From assembly GCF_000372725.1 (NCBI RefSeq), contig NW_005201851.1, positions 249,834-292,860 on the forward strand: a stretch of DNA of 43,027 bases, written 5' to 3'. Under the pieces are notes generated by a model. It had not been told where the DNA came from and did not search any database. It was given only the letters and a program-made list of their open reading frames with translations. Origin of the DNA: Emiliania huxleyi CCMP1516. Taxonomy: Eukaryota. Within the stretch, counting starts at the first letter, position 1; every line of letters starts with the position of its first letter. Shown here piece by piece: positions 1 to 11,249 of this stretch. Both the position numbers and the translations under genes were made by a program.

Positions 1-29
1 TATGGTCCTCGCATCTCCTCAAGAGAGAG

Positions 30-115
30 GTCCTGTCCTCACGCATACTGAGGACCTCGTCCACGAGGACCTCTCGTGTCTGATGAGGACCTCTGTGTTT
101 GTGAGGACCTCTCTC
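30..115. repeat. GAGGACCTC-rich repeat, same family as the array at 15690-16370
   Basis: gaggacctc recurs at about 50, 66, 86 and 103; similar clusters at 15721-15785 and 16131-16177. Confidence 0.6.
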
Positions 116-582
116 CCGCCGACGGACCCCCCAAGTGCCAAGACGTAGCAGCCCAACCGTCGTGCTCCACCCGCGCTGCGCCTTTGCGCTCAGATCGAAC
201 GGGGGTACCGATCGCGACTCCCTCGCTCGGTCTCTTTCTTGCTCCCCCAAACCGTCCGCCCCCGACGGAGTCGAGTGACTGCATCAATGTCCTTGTGTAG
301 AATTTTTCTTTTCCTCGGGATGTTGTGCGTGGTCGAGAGAAAAGGGGCCTTGCTTGGTTTTTGAGTCCAAATTCATGCAGCCATTCTTTTTTTGCCAAAA
401 ATCTTTCACAGCCCTCACGATTTCTTTTCCTTGTTCTTTCCGGTTCTTGTTTTTAAAACTCCGCTTCTTTCTCCTTTTTCTTTTCTTGGTCGTTCTTCAC
501 AGGCAATCGCAGAGCAGGTTGTGAATGAGCTTGCCTGTGGCGGGGGCGGGCGGGTGCACGGAGCTAAGTGCCTCGCCGCCCT

Positions 583-800
583 CGCAGGAGTCGCTTAGGC
601 GGCTCCCGTGGTGTACCTGTGTTAGTGCCAGTGCGCGCCAGTCCCGTGCCCAGTGTTGTGCGAGGGAGCTTTGTTGTAAAATTCTTTTCGTTTAGGAATT
701 TTTTTACCGTCCTCGCGGGAGTCGCTTAGGCGGCTCCAGTGGTGTACCTGTGTTAGTGCCAGTGCGCGCCAGTCCCGTGCCCAGTGTTGTGCGAGGGAGT
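583..800 (+). repeat. Two tandem copies of a ~85-100 bp dispersed element with a GGAGTCGC-TTAG-GCGGCTCC hairpin
   Basis: Near-identical copies at ~583-669 and ~716-799; a diverged third copy on the opposite strand at ~22011-22121. Confidence 0.75.
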
Positions 801-1464
801 TTGCAGTGCCGAGGTGCGACCCAGCAATGCAATACAGCTGTGCGCAGCTGTGTTTCACTTTCACTGGGTTTCAGTCACTGTGTGTGTGCACACAGAGCTG
901 TCGCCGAGGAGCCTGAGGCGCGATTGTTTGCGCACTTTGAAACACTTTGAAACAGCTTGGCTTAGAGACATAGACACGGCCCAGGTCACAGGTGACAGCA
1001 GGTCAGAGCTCAAAGGTCAAAGGTCAGAGCTTACTGTTACTCAGCGTGTCACTGTCAGGCACTGAGGCACCGCCACAGGCACCCAGCAGCCCGGGGCCCA
1101 GCCCCAGATCGAGCAAGACACAGAGCGCGCCGAGCAGCCCCGCCCTCGGGCCCTTGCCCCCACTACTATTATGCGGCACACTACTATTGTGCGGCTCGGC
1201 GTCTGTAACACTGCGTGTCTTGTGCTCTCCGTGGTAAAGCCGCACTGTCTCTCCTCTCTCCGTAGCCGCGTCGGTGTACCACTAGTATGCACCATGCACA
1301 TGCACGTGTGTTCATTCTTCGAGAAGGTATTTGGCACCGACTCGAACTTCCCACCTTGATGCATCGACGACCAGACAACCCTCACAACCATAACGTCATC
1401 AGAACTGCCGCGCTGGCGAGGGGCGATAAGAATACGCCCACGAAGGCACACAGCGTCCTTGAAT

Positions 1465-1758
1465 TCATCGCCGGTGCTTCAGCTTGCCGCGTTGCTTCTT
1501 GAGCTCGTCTCCGCTGGGCCCGGACGCAGGAGTGGCACCGGTCAGCGTCGGCCCGTTGCCTCCCCTTTTGGGCTTCGGGTTTTGTGGGAGACGCTTATTC
1601 TTCAGCGGGTCCTCGACATGCTTCAGCTTTTTCTTCTGCTTGATGCCGTCCTTCCGCCACTTCTCTAGCTGCGGGTCTTTGAAGCCGTTCTTCTTGCGGG
1701 CGGCGTAGTCATCAGCCTCAGCCCTATACTGCGCCGCCTTGCTGTCGCCACAGCCCAT
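1465..1758 (-). CDS. Small basic 97-aa protein with N-terminal MGCGDSK myristoylation/palmitoylation motif and two WH2-like LKH motifs
   Basis: ATG at 1758 gives MGCGDSK...KKKLKHVED...DELKKQRGKLKHRR*; the upstream ORF extension is only a (CA)n tract. Confidence 0.65.
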   Translation of the reverse strand: MGCGDSKAAQYRAEADDYAARKKNGFKDPQLEKWRKDGIKQKKKLKHVEDPLKNKRLPQNPKPKRGGNGPTLTGATPASGPSGDELKKQRGKLKHRR

Positions 1759-1823
1759 CGTCGAAAGCGCACTGAGGGGTGCAATGAAAAAAAATGCGCC
1801 GCTTGCGTTCACGGTTAAAAATA

Positions 1824-1825
<2 letters not shown>

Positions 1826-1903
<78 letters not shown>
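1826..1903. repeat. (TG)n microsatellite
   Basis: Direct reading. Confidence 0.95.
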
Positions 1904-1908
<5 letters not shown>

Positions 1909-2053
1909 TGTAGCCGCTCCACCACGCACGTAGGGCTCGCTTGAGTTACGACTGTATAAAACGGATACAGAGGCCAAAATCTGTACTGTACTAGAGCCGT
2001 AAGATTTTGATACCCCCAAGCACCCGATTTCCGGAGAATTTCGCGAGTTTCAG

Positions 2054-2055
<2 letters not shown>

Positions 2056-2106
<51 letters not shown>
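2056..2106. repeat. (GATA)n microsatellite flanked by CGAGTTTCAGAAG direct repeats
   Basis: cgagtttcagaag at 2044-2056 and 2112-2124. Confidence 0.9.
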
Positions 2107-4657
2107 TTCCCCGAGTTTCAGAAGGTTTCTCTAGTTTCCACATGTCACGAGACTACGACACGGACTATGTAGTGAATTCTATGTAGTGCTCGTCCACAGC
2201 ACCGAGTCAGGATTCATTCGGTTTTGATGACAGCAAATATTGTTAGGGAGCTATTAATGAATGGGCTTTGACAGCTAAACGTTCTTGGTTATGTGCCTAC
2301 CAGCGAGACCTAACCTTTACAAGGTGTGCACTCTCTTTTTCAGGTGTGCTCACTTGCAGCGTGCGGCATCATGCACACTGTCTGTCTGCACATGCACACG
2401 CACGTGGGTTGCTTCTTGTTGCTAGGTCCTCAGGGACTCTCCTCATCTTCTCCCCTACGCAGGTCAGCGGGTGCATCGGGCCATCGGTTCGCCTTTGCGT
2501 ACAGGTGGCTCACGTCGGAGCGCGACTTTAGCGCGAGGTCTATACACTGCTCCTCAGAAGCGATGGGCCATGAAGCTGACCAATCGGCTGAAGGTCCGCC
2601 AACACGAGTTAGCGCATGGAGTTATGGTCCACAACAGGAACTGGCGCGACCTCGCAGGTCGGCGGTGTGCGCATGTCAGCGAAACAGAAAGTTGCTCGTA
2701 GACGTAGTTAGTACGAGCCATACGAGACTTTTCGAACGAAGACGAGCGAGGTCCCGCCACGATGCTAGCCGTGCTTGCACAGGAGCCACCCCCTCTGAGC
2801 CGCATCCCGTCGGCACCGTGATGGAAGGGGTACTTTGAAGAAAGTGCGCATATTAGTTCCCCCCCCCCCCCCCCCCCGGGAATATGCGCCGGTCTTCGCT
2901 CGGCGGGCGTGCAATAACGCGACACGAAACAGTTTTGATTGCGTACAGGTTCCCCACGGCCAGGCCACCGCGGTGTATAAGCTGTGCCAGCTCATGCTCG
3001 ATCCACAGCGTGCAGCGCGAGCCGCCGAGCCAGGACCACCGACCGCAAGCACCCCGGCCGATAGGGCGCAGCGCGACGGCGAGCGCGTCCCGCTTTCGGC
3101 AATGCTCGAGCAGGTCTCACCCCACGAAGCGCCCGCGCCTATTGCGTGCCCTGCATCGCACTTTGTGAAAAGGAGCTCCGCCCGCCGCACAGGTCGAGGC
3201 GAATCGAAGGCAAATAGAGGCGCTCGATGCGACCAGGTGCTGGCTCTGCAGCCTCCGTGACCGACTCCTTCAGGCGTGCCAGACCACCCCTCTTTGCACC
3301 GCTCATGCTCACGCCTCTCACCGTCTCTTGTCGTCCGTGCAGCAGCGCAGCCCGAGGGCGTCTTCTTCTGAAATCACATCGCAGCAGCAGCAGCAGCAGA
3401 AGCGGTGGCGGCGGCATGCCACGATCGCGAGGTGCGCGCCTGCCGCTTGTCCCTCGCCCTTCCTCCCTGCGCCACCGCGGCATCGCGCTCACATCTCCCT
3501 GCGCCTCTGCCGCAGCAATGCGCACCCCCTAGCAGGCGGAGGGAGCAAGCGGCCGCGGCTACCCCCGGCAGTGCCGCCGCCGCCCCCTCCTGCGCCGTCT
3601 CGTCTTCTCTCGGCGCACCCGCGTACGATCCGCAGCGCTTGAGGGAGTCACGCCTGGTCGTGTTACGTATATGGGCAGAGTCGCTCGCCCAATGGATCGA
3701 CCACCGCTTCGGATCCTCTCAGATGGCGTGCGTGAGCGCTTACAGGTAGCGTCTGTGCGTGTGCGACGGGTTTGCCTCCCCTCGCCAAGCTTGGTTGTTC
3801 ATGTCTCGTGAGTGGGGTATTCGCCCTGGGACCCAGCGCTGACTTCTGACTGTCGTTGCGGTCTATCCCTTTCTCGACTGTCTGAGCTTGTGCGTCTTGG
3901 GTCCGTGGTTGTGTTTTTGTGTGAGTGGGGTGCCGTGGAGGAGTGGAGTCGTGGAGACCGAGCGCACGACCACGCGAGCAGACACCCGAGACAGGACCTC
4001 AGGGGTCAGCACTGCATGCGACTCGTGGAGTCTGCGGGACGATTTTCTCTCTGTCAGCTTTTTTGTTTTCGTTTTTCTTAGAGCTGACCGCACTTACACG
4101 ATAGAGGGTGTGGATGCTGAGTTGACGGAAATCGAGGGACGCGACCCACCTCGCCACAGACGCGGTCCCGCGCCTCGCCGCTATGACGGCCGCACGACCG
4201 CAGCTGCCAGCTCGTGTGCGTGCGGCCGTGTCTTTGTCCCCGGAGTGAATACTCCAACGCGCTCGTCGGTGGCGGCTTCCCTCAACCTGCGCCGCGCTCG
4301 GCGAACCTCGAACACTGCTCGGCGACTGCCGGCACACTGTGAGACCGTGGGTGTGAGGTAAAATCACGCTACCAGCGCTTGGCCACATCGGCCCTGAGGT
4401 CAAGATCCATCTCCTCTGCTGATGACAACACTTGTCTACTCGCTGGAGCCGAGCAGGAGGGCCCAGCGCACAACCCCTGGTCAACTCAGGGTCCACACCC
4501 CGTACGCACGCACCGCCTTGAGGGGGCGGGCATCAGACCTGCACATATCAGACCGCGGTCGGTCAGGGCTGAGAGGCGCCAGCGCCCCCCCCCCCCCCCC
4601 TCGCAAGTCGGTAGTCAGGTCAGGAGAAAGAAAAGGGCGCGGGGGTCGCCCTCCGCC

Positions 4658-6899
4658 TCAGATCTGGAAGCCCTTGCCGACGGGGCCGCTCTCCACGCCG
4701 CGCCGGTACTCTTCGGTCTCCCACCGGTCGGGCAGGAAGCCCGCCGCGTACGCCTAGTACCATACCTCCAGAGTACCGAACCCAGTGTGAGTTCAGGTCC
4801 GTGGGTGGTGCGGTAGGCCGCGTACGCCTCGGGTAGCGGCGCGCCAGTCACGTGCTTGGCCAGCAGCTCGCCCGCGGCGTTGGCGGCCATGATGCCATAC
4901 CCAGACAGCCCCGCGCACACGTAAGCTCCTCGCGGCCCTCCTGGGGGAGGAGGGGGGGGAGGAGGGGGGGGGAATGGGAAGGGAAGGGGGGGACCTCGAC
5001 ACCCGCTGGCGCTGTCCGGGAACGGTCCGGCGCGTGGGCCTCGCGGCGGCTGGACAGCAGGCGCACTCTCGACTAGATCTCGGCCAGATCTCAGCTCGAC
5101 CTCGGCTCGATCTAGATCTCGGCTCGAGCTCGGCTCGATCTCGATCTCGACTAGATCTCGCCCGCCGCAGGGCCGATGAGCGGCAAATTGTCGGGCGCCT
5201 TCGAGTAGTAGCCGCCGTCGACCTGTTCACACCCGCCTGCTGTGAAGAACTGCACCTCCCCCCGCGCCCTCTGGGCCGCCGCCGCCGCCCCCCACCGACA
5301 CGTTTGCCGTCATCGAGCCGTCCTCGCCCAAGTAGCCCCCGAGCGCCGGCACTGCACGCGACAGCGCCCGCAAGGTGAGCTCGGCGAACAGCGAACCGCG
5401 CAGCTCCGCCTAGTCCCATACCTCCAGAGTGCCGAATCCAGTGAGGGTTCAGGTCCCGTGGGCTGTGTGGCAGAGAGCGCCTAGTCGACCACCGCCACGA
5501 CACCCTCCCCCACGCTCCCTGCGCCAGCGCGGCGGAGAGCGACCGCCGCAGCCCCAGTGCAATGTGGTGCTGTGCTATGCAATGCAGTGCGCCAGCGGTG
5601 TGAACAGTACACGTATGCACTAGTGAGTGTGGGAGAATCCGTGCCGTGCCGTGCCGTGCCGTGCGCCTCCTCGGCTCCCGCGGCACCGCCGTTCTCTTCC
5701 CCTCTCGCTCTCTGTCTCGTCCTCTCTCTTCTCAGCCCAACCTCCTCGGGCGGCTCCCGCGGCACCGCCACATCCGCGTGGATCGCCTCCCAGAGCATGA
5801 GCAGCGAGTTATTATTATTATTATTATTAATTATTATTATTATTATTATTATTATTATTGATTAATATTATTATTGACGTGGATCGCCTCCCAGAGCATG
5901 AGCAGCGAGTTATTATTGTTATTATTATTGTTATTATTCTTATTATTATTGATTAATATTATTATTGGCGTGGATCGCCTCCCAGAGCATGAGCAGCGAG
6001 TGCGGCTTCCCCGGGTAGGGGCGCAGGTGGAAGCCTGGTCACAGCTCGGGGGTGTGGAGAGGCGCTGTTCAGCCGAGCGGGCCGGGGAGGGGCGCAGGAA
6101 GGCCTCCGGGCAGCGAGCCGGCGAGGCTCGCCTGTTCACAGCTCGAGGCGTGAAGAGACGCCGTTCACACACACCGGCGAGCCGGCGAGGGGCGCCTCGG
6201 CTATACCTCGGCTATCTCTCGGCTATCTCTCGGCTGTATCTCGGCTGTATCTCGGCCATCTCTCGGCTGCGTCTCGGCTGTATCTCGGCTAGATCTCGGC
6301 TGCGTCTCGGCTGTATCTCGGCTACATCTCGGCTGTAGCTCGCCTCGAACCCTCCAATCTCGAGCAGCGCCTCCGCCTCCTCCTCGCTCCACGGCAGCGT
6401 AACCTGCAATAAGAACATACTCACACAATCAGACAAAGGGTACAAACAGTGTAGTCTCCCCCATCTTCACGGCAGAGCGTGGCCGGGTCAGTCCACACAA
6501 CCATCGGCGCGTCGCCAGGCACCGCGGAGAGGTCGTCCCGCAGCACCGCCTGCAGCAGAAAAGGGGGGGGCGCCCCCCACACGCGCGTCGACAGAGGGGG
6601 GGCGCGGCATGCGCAAGTCTCCTCGTCACGCCGCGGCGTCCTTGGCGTGCACTTCGTTCTGTAGCGGCAGCTCCCGCCCGCCGCCGCCCTCGCCGCCGCC
6701 GCCGCGCAGCAGCGCGTCAACCACGCCGGCATACGGACCTGCAGCGTCGATACACCTTCTCTCACACATCGCATCGTGCCCCGTTGTCTATTCTGTGTCT
6801 GTCTCGTACGGGCCTGCAGTGTTGGGCACTTCTCATCGCGTCATGCCCCAACGTCTGCGGTGACCTTGACAGTGCCGGTCCCGTGTGTCTCGTGTCTGT

Positions 6900-6954
<55 letters not shown>

Positions 6955-7710
6955 TGTGTGTGTGTGTGTGTACACTCCATTCAATGCGCTCTCTGGGACG
7001 GGCCTGCAGCGTTGATCACCGCCCCAGTCCGCACCTCCAGCGGCTCCGACTCGCCGGGCACCGACAGCAGCGCCGCCTCGACCTTGCCGTCGGACGCGGT
7101 GCGAACGCCTTGCAGCGAGGAGGGGAGCAGCCCTAATCTCCCCATATCTCAAACGCCTTGCAGCAAGGAGAGGATCTCCCCATATCTCCCCATATCTCCC
7201 CAGATCTCGAGCACCTTGCAGCGAGGAGGGGATCAGCGTGGCGGCGCCCGCGTCGCGCGCCTTGGAGAGGAGCTCCATGCCCATCTGCTGGGCCGACATC
7301 CACCTGTTCGGGGAGATGTGGGGAGATCTGGCGAGATCTGGCGAGATCTGGCGAGATCTGGCGAGATCTGGCGAGATCTGGCGAGATCTGGGCCGACACC
7401 CACCTGTCTGTTCTGTGAGTCACTGAGTGCCTTGCCTTGTCTGGTCTGTGTGTCGTCATCCCCGTCTTGCTACAATCTCGGCTACATCTCGGCTACATCT
7501 CGGCTGTATATCGGCTGTATATCGGCTGTATCTCGGCTGTCTCTCGGCTGTCTCTCGGCTGTCTCTCGGCTGTCTCTCGCCCCGCGCGAGATGCGACCAG
7601 CAGCGAGCTCGCGTCTGCCGCCAGGAAGGGAGGGAGGCTGCCCACGTACGCCTGCACCGCCTCGCGACCGGAGAAGAGCATCGCAGCCGGCCCATCGCCC
7701 CCTCCTCCTC

Positions 7711-7753
<43 letters not shown>

Positions 7754-8280
7754 GGTCGGCGCATCATGCCGGTACCGCAGTCCGTGCGAGGCGTCGCTAA
7801 AGTGGCTCACTCCGCCGCAGCTGGCGAGGCCCGGGTCGGAGAGGGCGAGGGCGTGCTGCGCTGCGCCCTCCTCGCTCGCCGAGAGGAACCAGTACCCTCG
7901 CCGGTTGAGCCCGAACGCGTTGTCGCACTCGGCGGCCCGCGCCTCGAGCAGGTCGACCGAGCGCTGCATGAAGGCCGTCAGCGGGACCGATCCGGGGAAG
8001 AAGTTGCGGTAGCACTCGGTCGAGAGCGAGGAGGTGTGGGAGAGCGGCGGCCGGCTGTCGACGAGCAGCACCTAGCGGCGGAGCGGCAAGGCTCTTGGGT
8101 GGGACCGGACCGTCAGTGCTCGGTGTGGCGCCGCACCGAGGCGCCGCTGCGCGCGAGGTAGTGCGCGCACGAGACACCAGCGATGCCGGCGCCGCAGACC
8201 ACAGCGTCGTAGCTGCGTCTGCCGGCCTCGGAGGCGAGCGTGCGGGCGCCGCGGCTCAATGGCGGGAACGAGGCCCGCAT
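4658..8280 (-). CDS. Multi-exon FAD-dependent oxidoreductase (DAO/sarcosine oxidase-like family), probable mitochondrial presequence
   Basis: Exons read MRASF...YDAVVCGAGIAGVSCAHYLA (Rossmann GxGxxG), LLVDSRPPLSHTSSLSTECYRNFF, WMSAQQMG, AVINAAGPYAG, FHLRPYPG, VDGGYYSKAPDNLPLIGP, YVCAGLSGYGIMAANAAGELLA, GFLPDRW...GFQI* (TGA 4658-4660). More than 10 introns, many GC-AG; boundaries inferred by eye. Confidence 0.85.
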
Positions 8281-9117
8281 CGTGTACCTTTTTGAAAAAG
8301 AATTCAAATGTTTGGCTCTGATATTGCGGTGGGGCGGACGTACCGAGCGAAGAGCCGAGCGGAAGGAGGACGGGGAAGATGACTCAGAGGAGGACAACCA
8401 GTGGAAATTCAGTTGTCAGATGTCACGATGCATCCGAAGGGGACCCCAGCGCCGGCATCATCCGTAGAGGCACGAGTGTTCGAAGAGAGAGTGGACCTGA
8501 GCAACAACATGACCTGGAGGCAAATGATCGGAGTGGGAGTCAGAAATGTGGTCCTTGCGCGAGGGGAGCTCGATAGACTCGAGGGGCCAGGATACGCCGC
8601 AAGGAGGACGGAGTTGCGCCGAGAGGCGAAAGAAGCCGCGAGAACAAGGGACCGGCAGGCGGCGGCGTCGCAGGACGAGGCAGAAGAGAACGACGCGACA
8701 GAGGAGGAAGTGACAAGGGAGAGAACGACGAGAGTGGGACGGCCGCGAGGTGGCATGAAGGTTGCAGCGAGAAGCGGCGAGAGACTGCGAAAAGAGATAC
8801 GAAGAGGCAGACTCCCCAGGGTGGGCGACGGCTAGCGCATCACACCTGCCCTCGGAACACTGTGTCCGAGTCGAGGCGTGTGCTTGCCGGTCGACGGCCG
8901 CGCGCGGTTGGCATTGTGACGAGGGTTGCGCAGCCGCGGCGCGCCCGCCATGGTTCGGCGCGGCGCGCCTACCAGCGGCAATTGTCGAGGCACGGGAACG
9001 CTTACCCGGGGTATCAATAAATAACAAGGCTGTGAACAGTGCCCAAAGGATGTCCACCTCGAGTGCCCACATCGATCCTGTCGCTCCACCGTGCTTTCTC
9101 CCGCGCTGTGGCAATCT

Positions 9118-10080
9118 ATGGCGTTCAAGGCTCGTGCCCCCTCCACACCTATGGCCTCGCAAAGCTTGTCGCGCTGCCGGCGCGGTCTTGCGGTGGCACG
9201 GAATAGCTCGTGCCCGGCGCATGCGTGGATCGACGCTGTTGCGCCGCTGCTACTCGAGCCACAGATGACATTCATCAACGCTGGCGCCAACAAGGGCTAT
9301 CAGGTCGCAGAGTTTCTGCAGCGCTTCCACTCAGCAGCTGCTGCTTCCGCCGGCTGGCGCACCAACGCGGATTGGCTGGCAGCGATCAAGGCGTTCCGGC
9401 CGCACGGGGTCCTCACGTCGTGTGGCGTGTGCATGACGTGCCAGTCGCCAGCCCCAGCCGTCCGCCTGCATGCGCCCTCAGTGCGGGTGCACGCCTTCGA
9501 GCTCACTGCGTGCAACCACTGGCTGCTGAAGAACCTCTTTGAGAGATTGTCTGTCCCAGGGATCGCGCACCACGTCGCCGTCACGAATCGCAGCGGTCTC
9601 GTCTACGGACCGTCGCGCTGCGGAGGCGGCGACGAGGGCGCCTCGGCGCTGATGCGCAATGCGCCTGGCCGGTGGAACAACCCGCAACCGGCCACCTCGG
9701 TGGACGACTTCTGCGCCAAGCACGGGCTGGACAAGGTGCACTGGCTGGCCGTGGACACAGAGGGCTTCGACGCGCTGGTTCTCGAGGGAGCGCAGGCCAT
9801 GCTGGCATCTCGAAAAATCGACGTCGTCGAGTTTGAGTACCACGATCGCGTCGGCTACTGGCGCCCGCGCTTCGAAGAGAAGCGCACCCTCAAGAGGTCT
9901 CTGGACGCGCTCCACGCGGCGGGGTATGAGTGCTTCTGGCAGGGCAACGACGGCCGCCTTGCATCGGTCACGCCCGCGGGCTCGACGTCGTGGTGCTCGC
10001 CCGGCGGGGTGGGCTGGAGCAACCTGGTGTGCTCCAGCGTGCCGCGCATCGTCGCCAAGCTCCAGTCGCTCGCGGTGTGA
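9118..10080 (+). CDS. FkbM-family (Methyltransf_21) SAM-dependent methyltransferase; 5' end uncertain
   Basis: Motifs FINAGANKG, VHAFE, VAVTN, VDTEGFDALVLEGA, FEYH; frame open from ~9025. Confidence 0.8.
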   Translation: MAFKARAPSTPMASQSLSRCRRGLAVARNSSCPAHAWIDAVAPLLLEPQMTFINAGANKGYQVAEFLQRFHSAAAASAGWRTNADWLAAIKAFRPHGVLTSCGVCMTCQSPAPAVRLHAPSVRVHAFELTACNHWLLKNLFERLSVPGIAHHVAVTNRSGLVYGPSRCGGGDEGASALMRNAPGRWNNPQPATSVDDFCAKHGLDKVHWLAVDTEGFDALVLEGAQAMLASRKIDVVEFEYHDRVGYWRPRFEEKRTLKRSLDALHAAGYECFWQGNDGRLASVTPAGSTSWCSPGGVGWSNLVCSSVPRIVAKLQSLAV

Positions 10081-10746
10081 CCGTGCAACCCGCGGAAGTT
10101 TGGCAGGGGTGCGGACTAAGACTGGCGCGGTGCGGAAATACGAATCGCAGCAAAAGTAAGGAATAAAGGTCTAAAGGAGCCGCCCGCCCCCGCACCTAGA
10201 GGTTAGACAGCGTCCTAATCTAAATCTGAGGATTGAGGATTGAGGCATCGCTTCAGTGAGGCCAAATTGCGCCAAAGTGAGTTTATATGGATGTGTGAGA
10301 ACGGTATACGTACGGGACCCCGCGAGGGAGGCACGCGGACCGACTCGTGGGGACTCTGCTGCACGCCGTTCCACACGTTTCTCTCAGCGTGAGCGAGACG
10401 TGGAAGAGTGCCACCGTCGGGTAGCTGGGACGGGTCGGCCCGGAGCATCAGAGTACAAACAAAACAACTCTCTCTCAGAGTATTGCAATAACTGAGTAAG
10501 TAGGCCGTCGTGTTCGCGGCGAGCCAAAGAAAGATCGACTTGCATATCGATTTCGACTCGACGGGCGCATGCAGGCATCACGTCTCCATTGGCATTGCTC
10601 GCGCCTTGCACGCGCAAGGGACGTGAAAGCCCGGGAGCACTTGGAGCCCAGGACCGGGGAGCTAAGAAGCGCAAACACTTGCGGAAAATTTTCTTCTTTT
10701 AATTTAACACGTGTCTCGTCGGGGCATCCACAAGATTGTTGCCCAA

Positions 10747-11249
10747 ATGAATACATTCGTCCCGCCCGCGTTCGCCATGGCCGTCGTCTTGGCTCAGTCG
10801 TTCATCACCACGGCGGCGGCGACGATCACCGTGTCGCGCAGACAGTACGCCTCTGCTGTCGCGCAGACACACGCCTTTGTGGCCGCCGGAGCTTGTGCCG
10901 TGGCCGCACCTCGGCGTAGCGACGCCGGCGGCTGTGAGGCTGCGGTCATGCCACAGAAGCAGTATGTCTATCGGGCAAATCTTTGCCAGCTCAAGCACGA
11001 GGTCAGCACCACGTCCTTGATCTCGACAGCACGCTGCCGTGGCCAGCGAGTGGGGCAGCTTGGGTGGAAGGTGCGCTACGCTACCCCGGAGCGAGGCTCT
11101 TTCGTGTTGTCAGCGCTCCCCAGTTCCTTGAGAGTGGCCTTACCGCCAACTTCATTGACGAGTTTGTCTCTCTCGAGGCCTCTTATTACGGCCAGGTCAT
11201 GAGCGAGCGCGAGTTTGCAGCCGCACTAGTTGCGGGACGAGCCTTCTAG
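10747..11249 (+). CDS. Possible small hypothetical gene (two frames, needs an intron or frameshift)
   Basis: Hydrophobic N-terminus MAVVLAQSFITT.. and a protein-like second frame RLFRVVSAPQFLESGLTANFIDEFVSLEASYYG..; no family recognised. Confidence 0.3.

Noticed and set aside
700..760. HDV-like ribozyme or tRNA gene in the hairpin element
   Set aside because: ccgtcctcgcgg resembles HDV P3/L3 in one copy only, and P1/P2 cannot be built consistently in all three copies. No B-box or cloverleaf is present.
2268..4500. Overlapping short ORFs suggesting a transposase or gene
   Set aside because: No recognisable domain in any frame and many stops.
8401..8835. 144-aa charged ORF ending RVGDG
   Set aside because: Might be a retroelement C-terminal remnant, but no motif can be supported.
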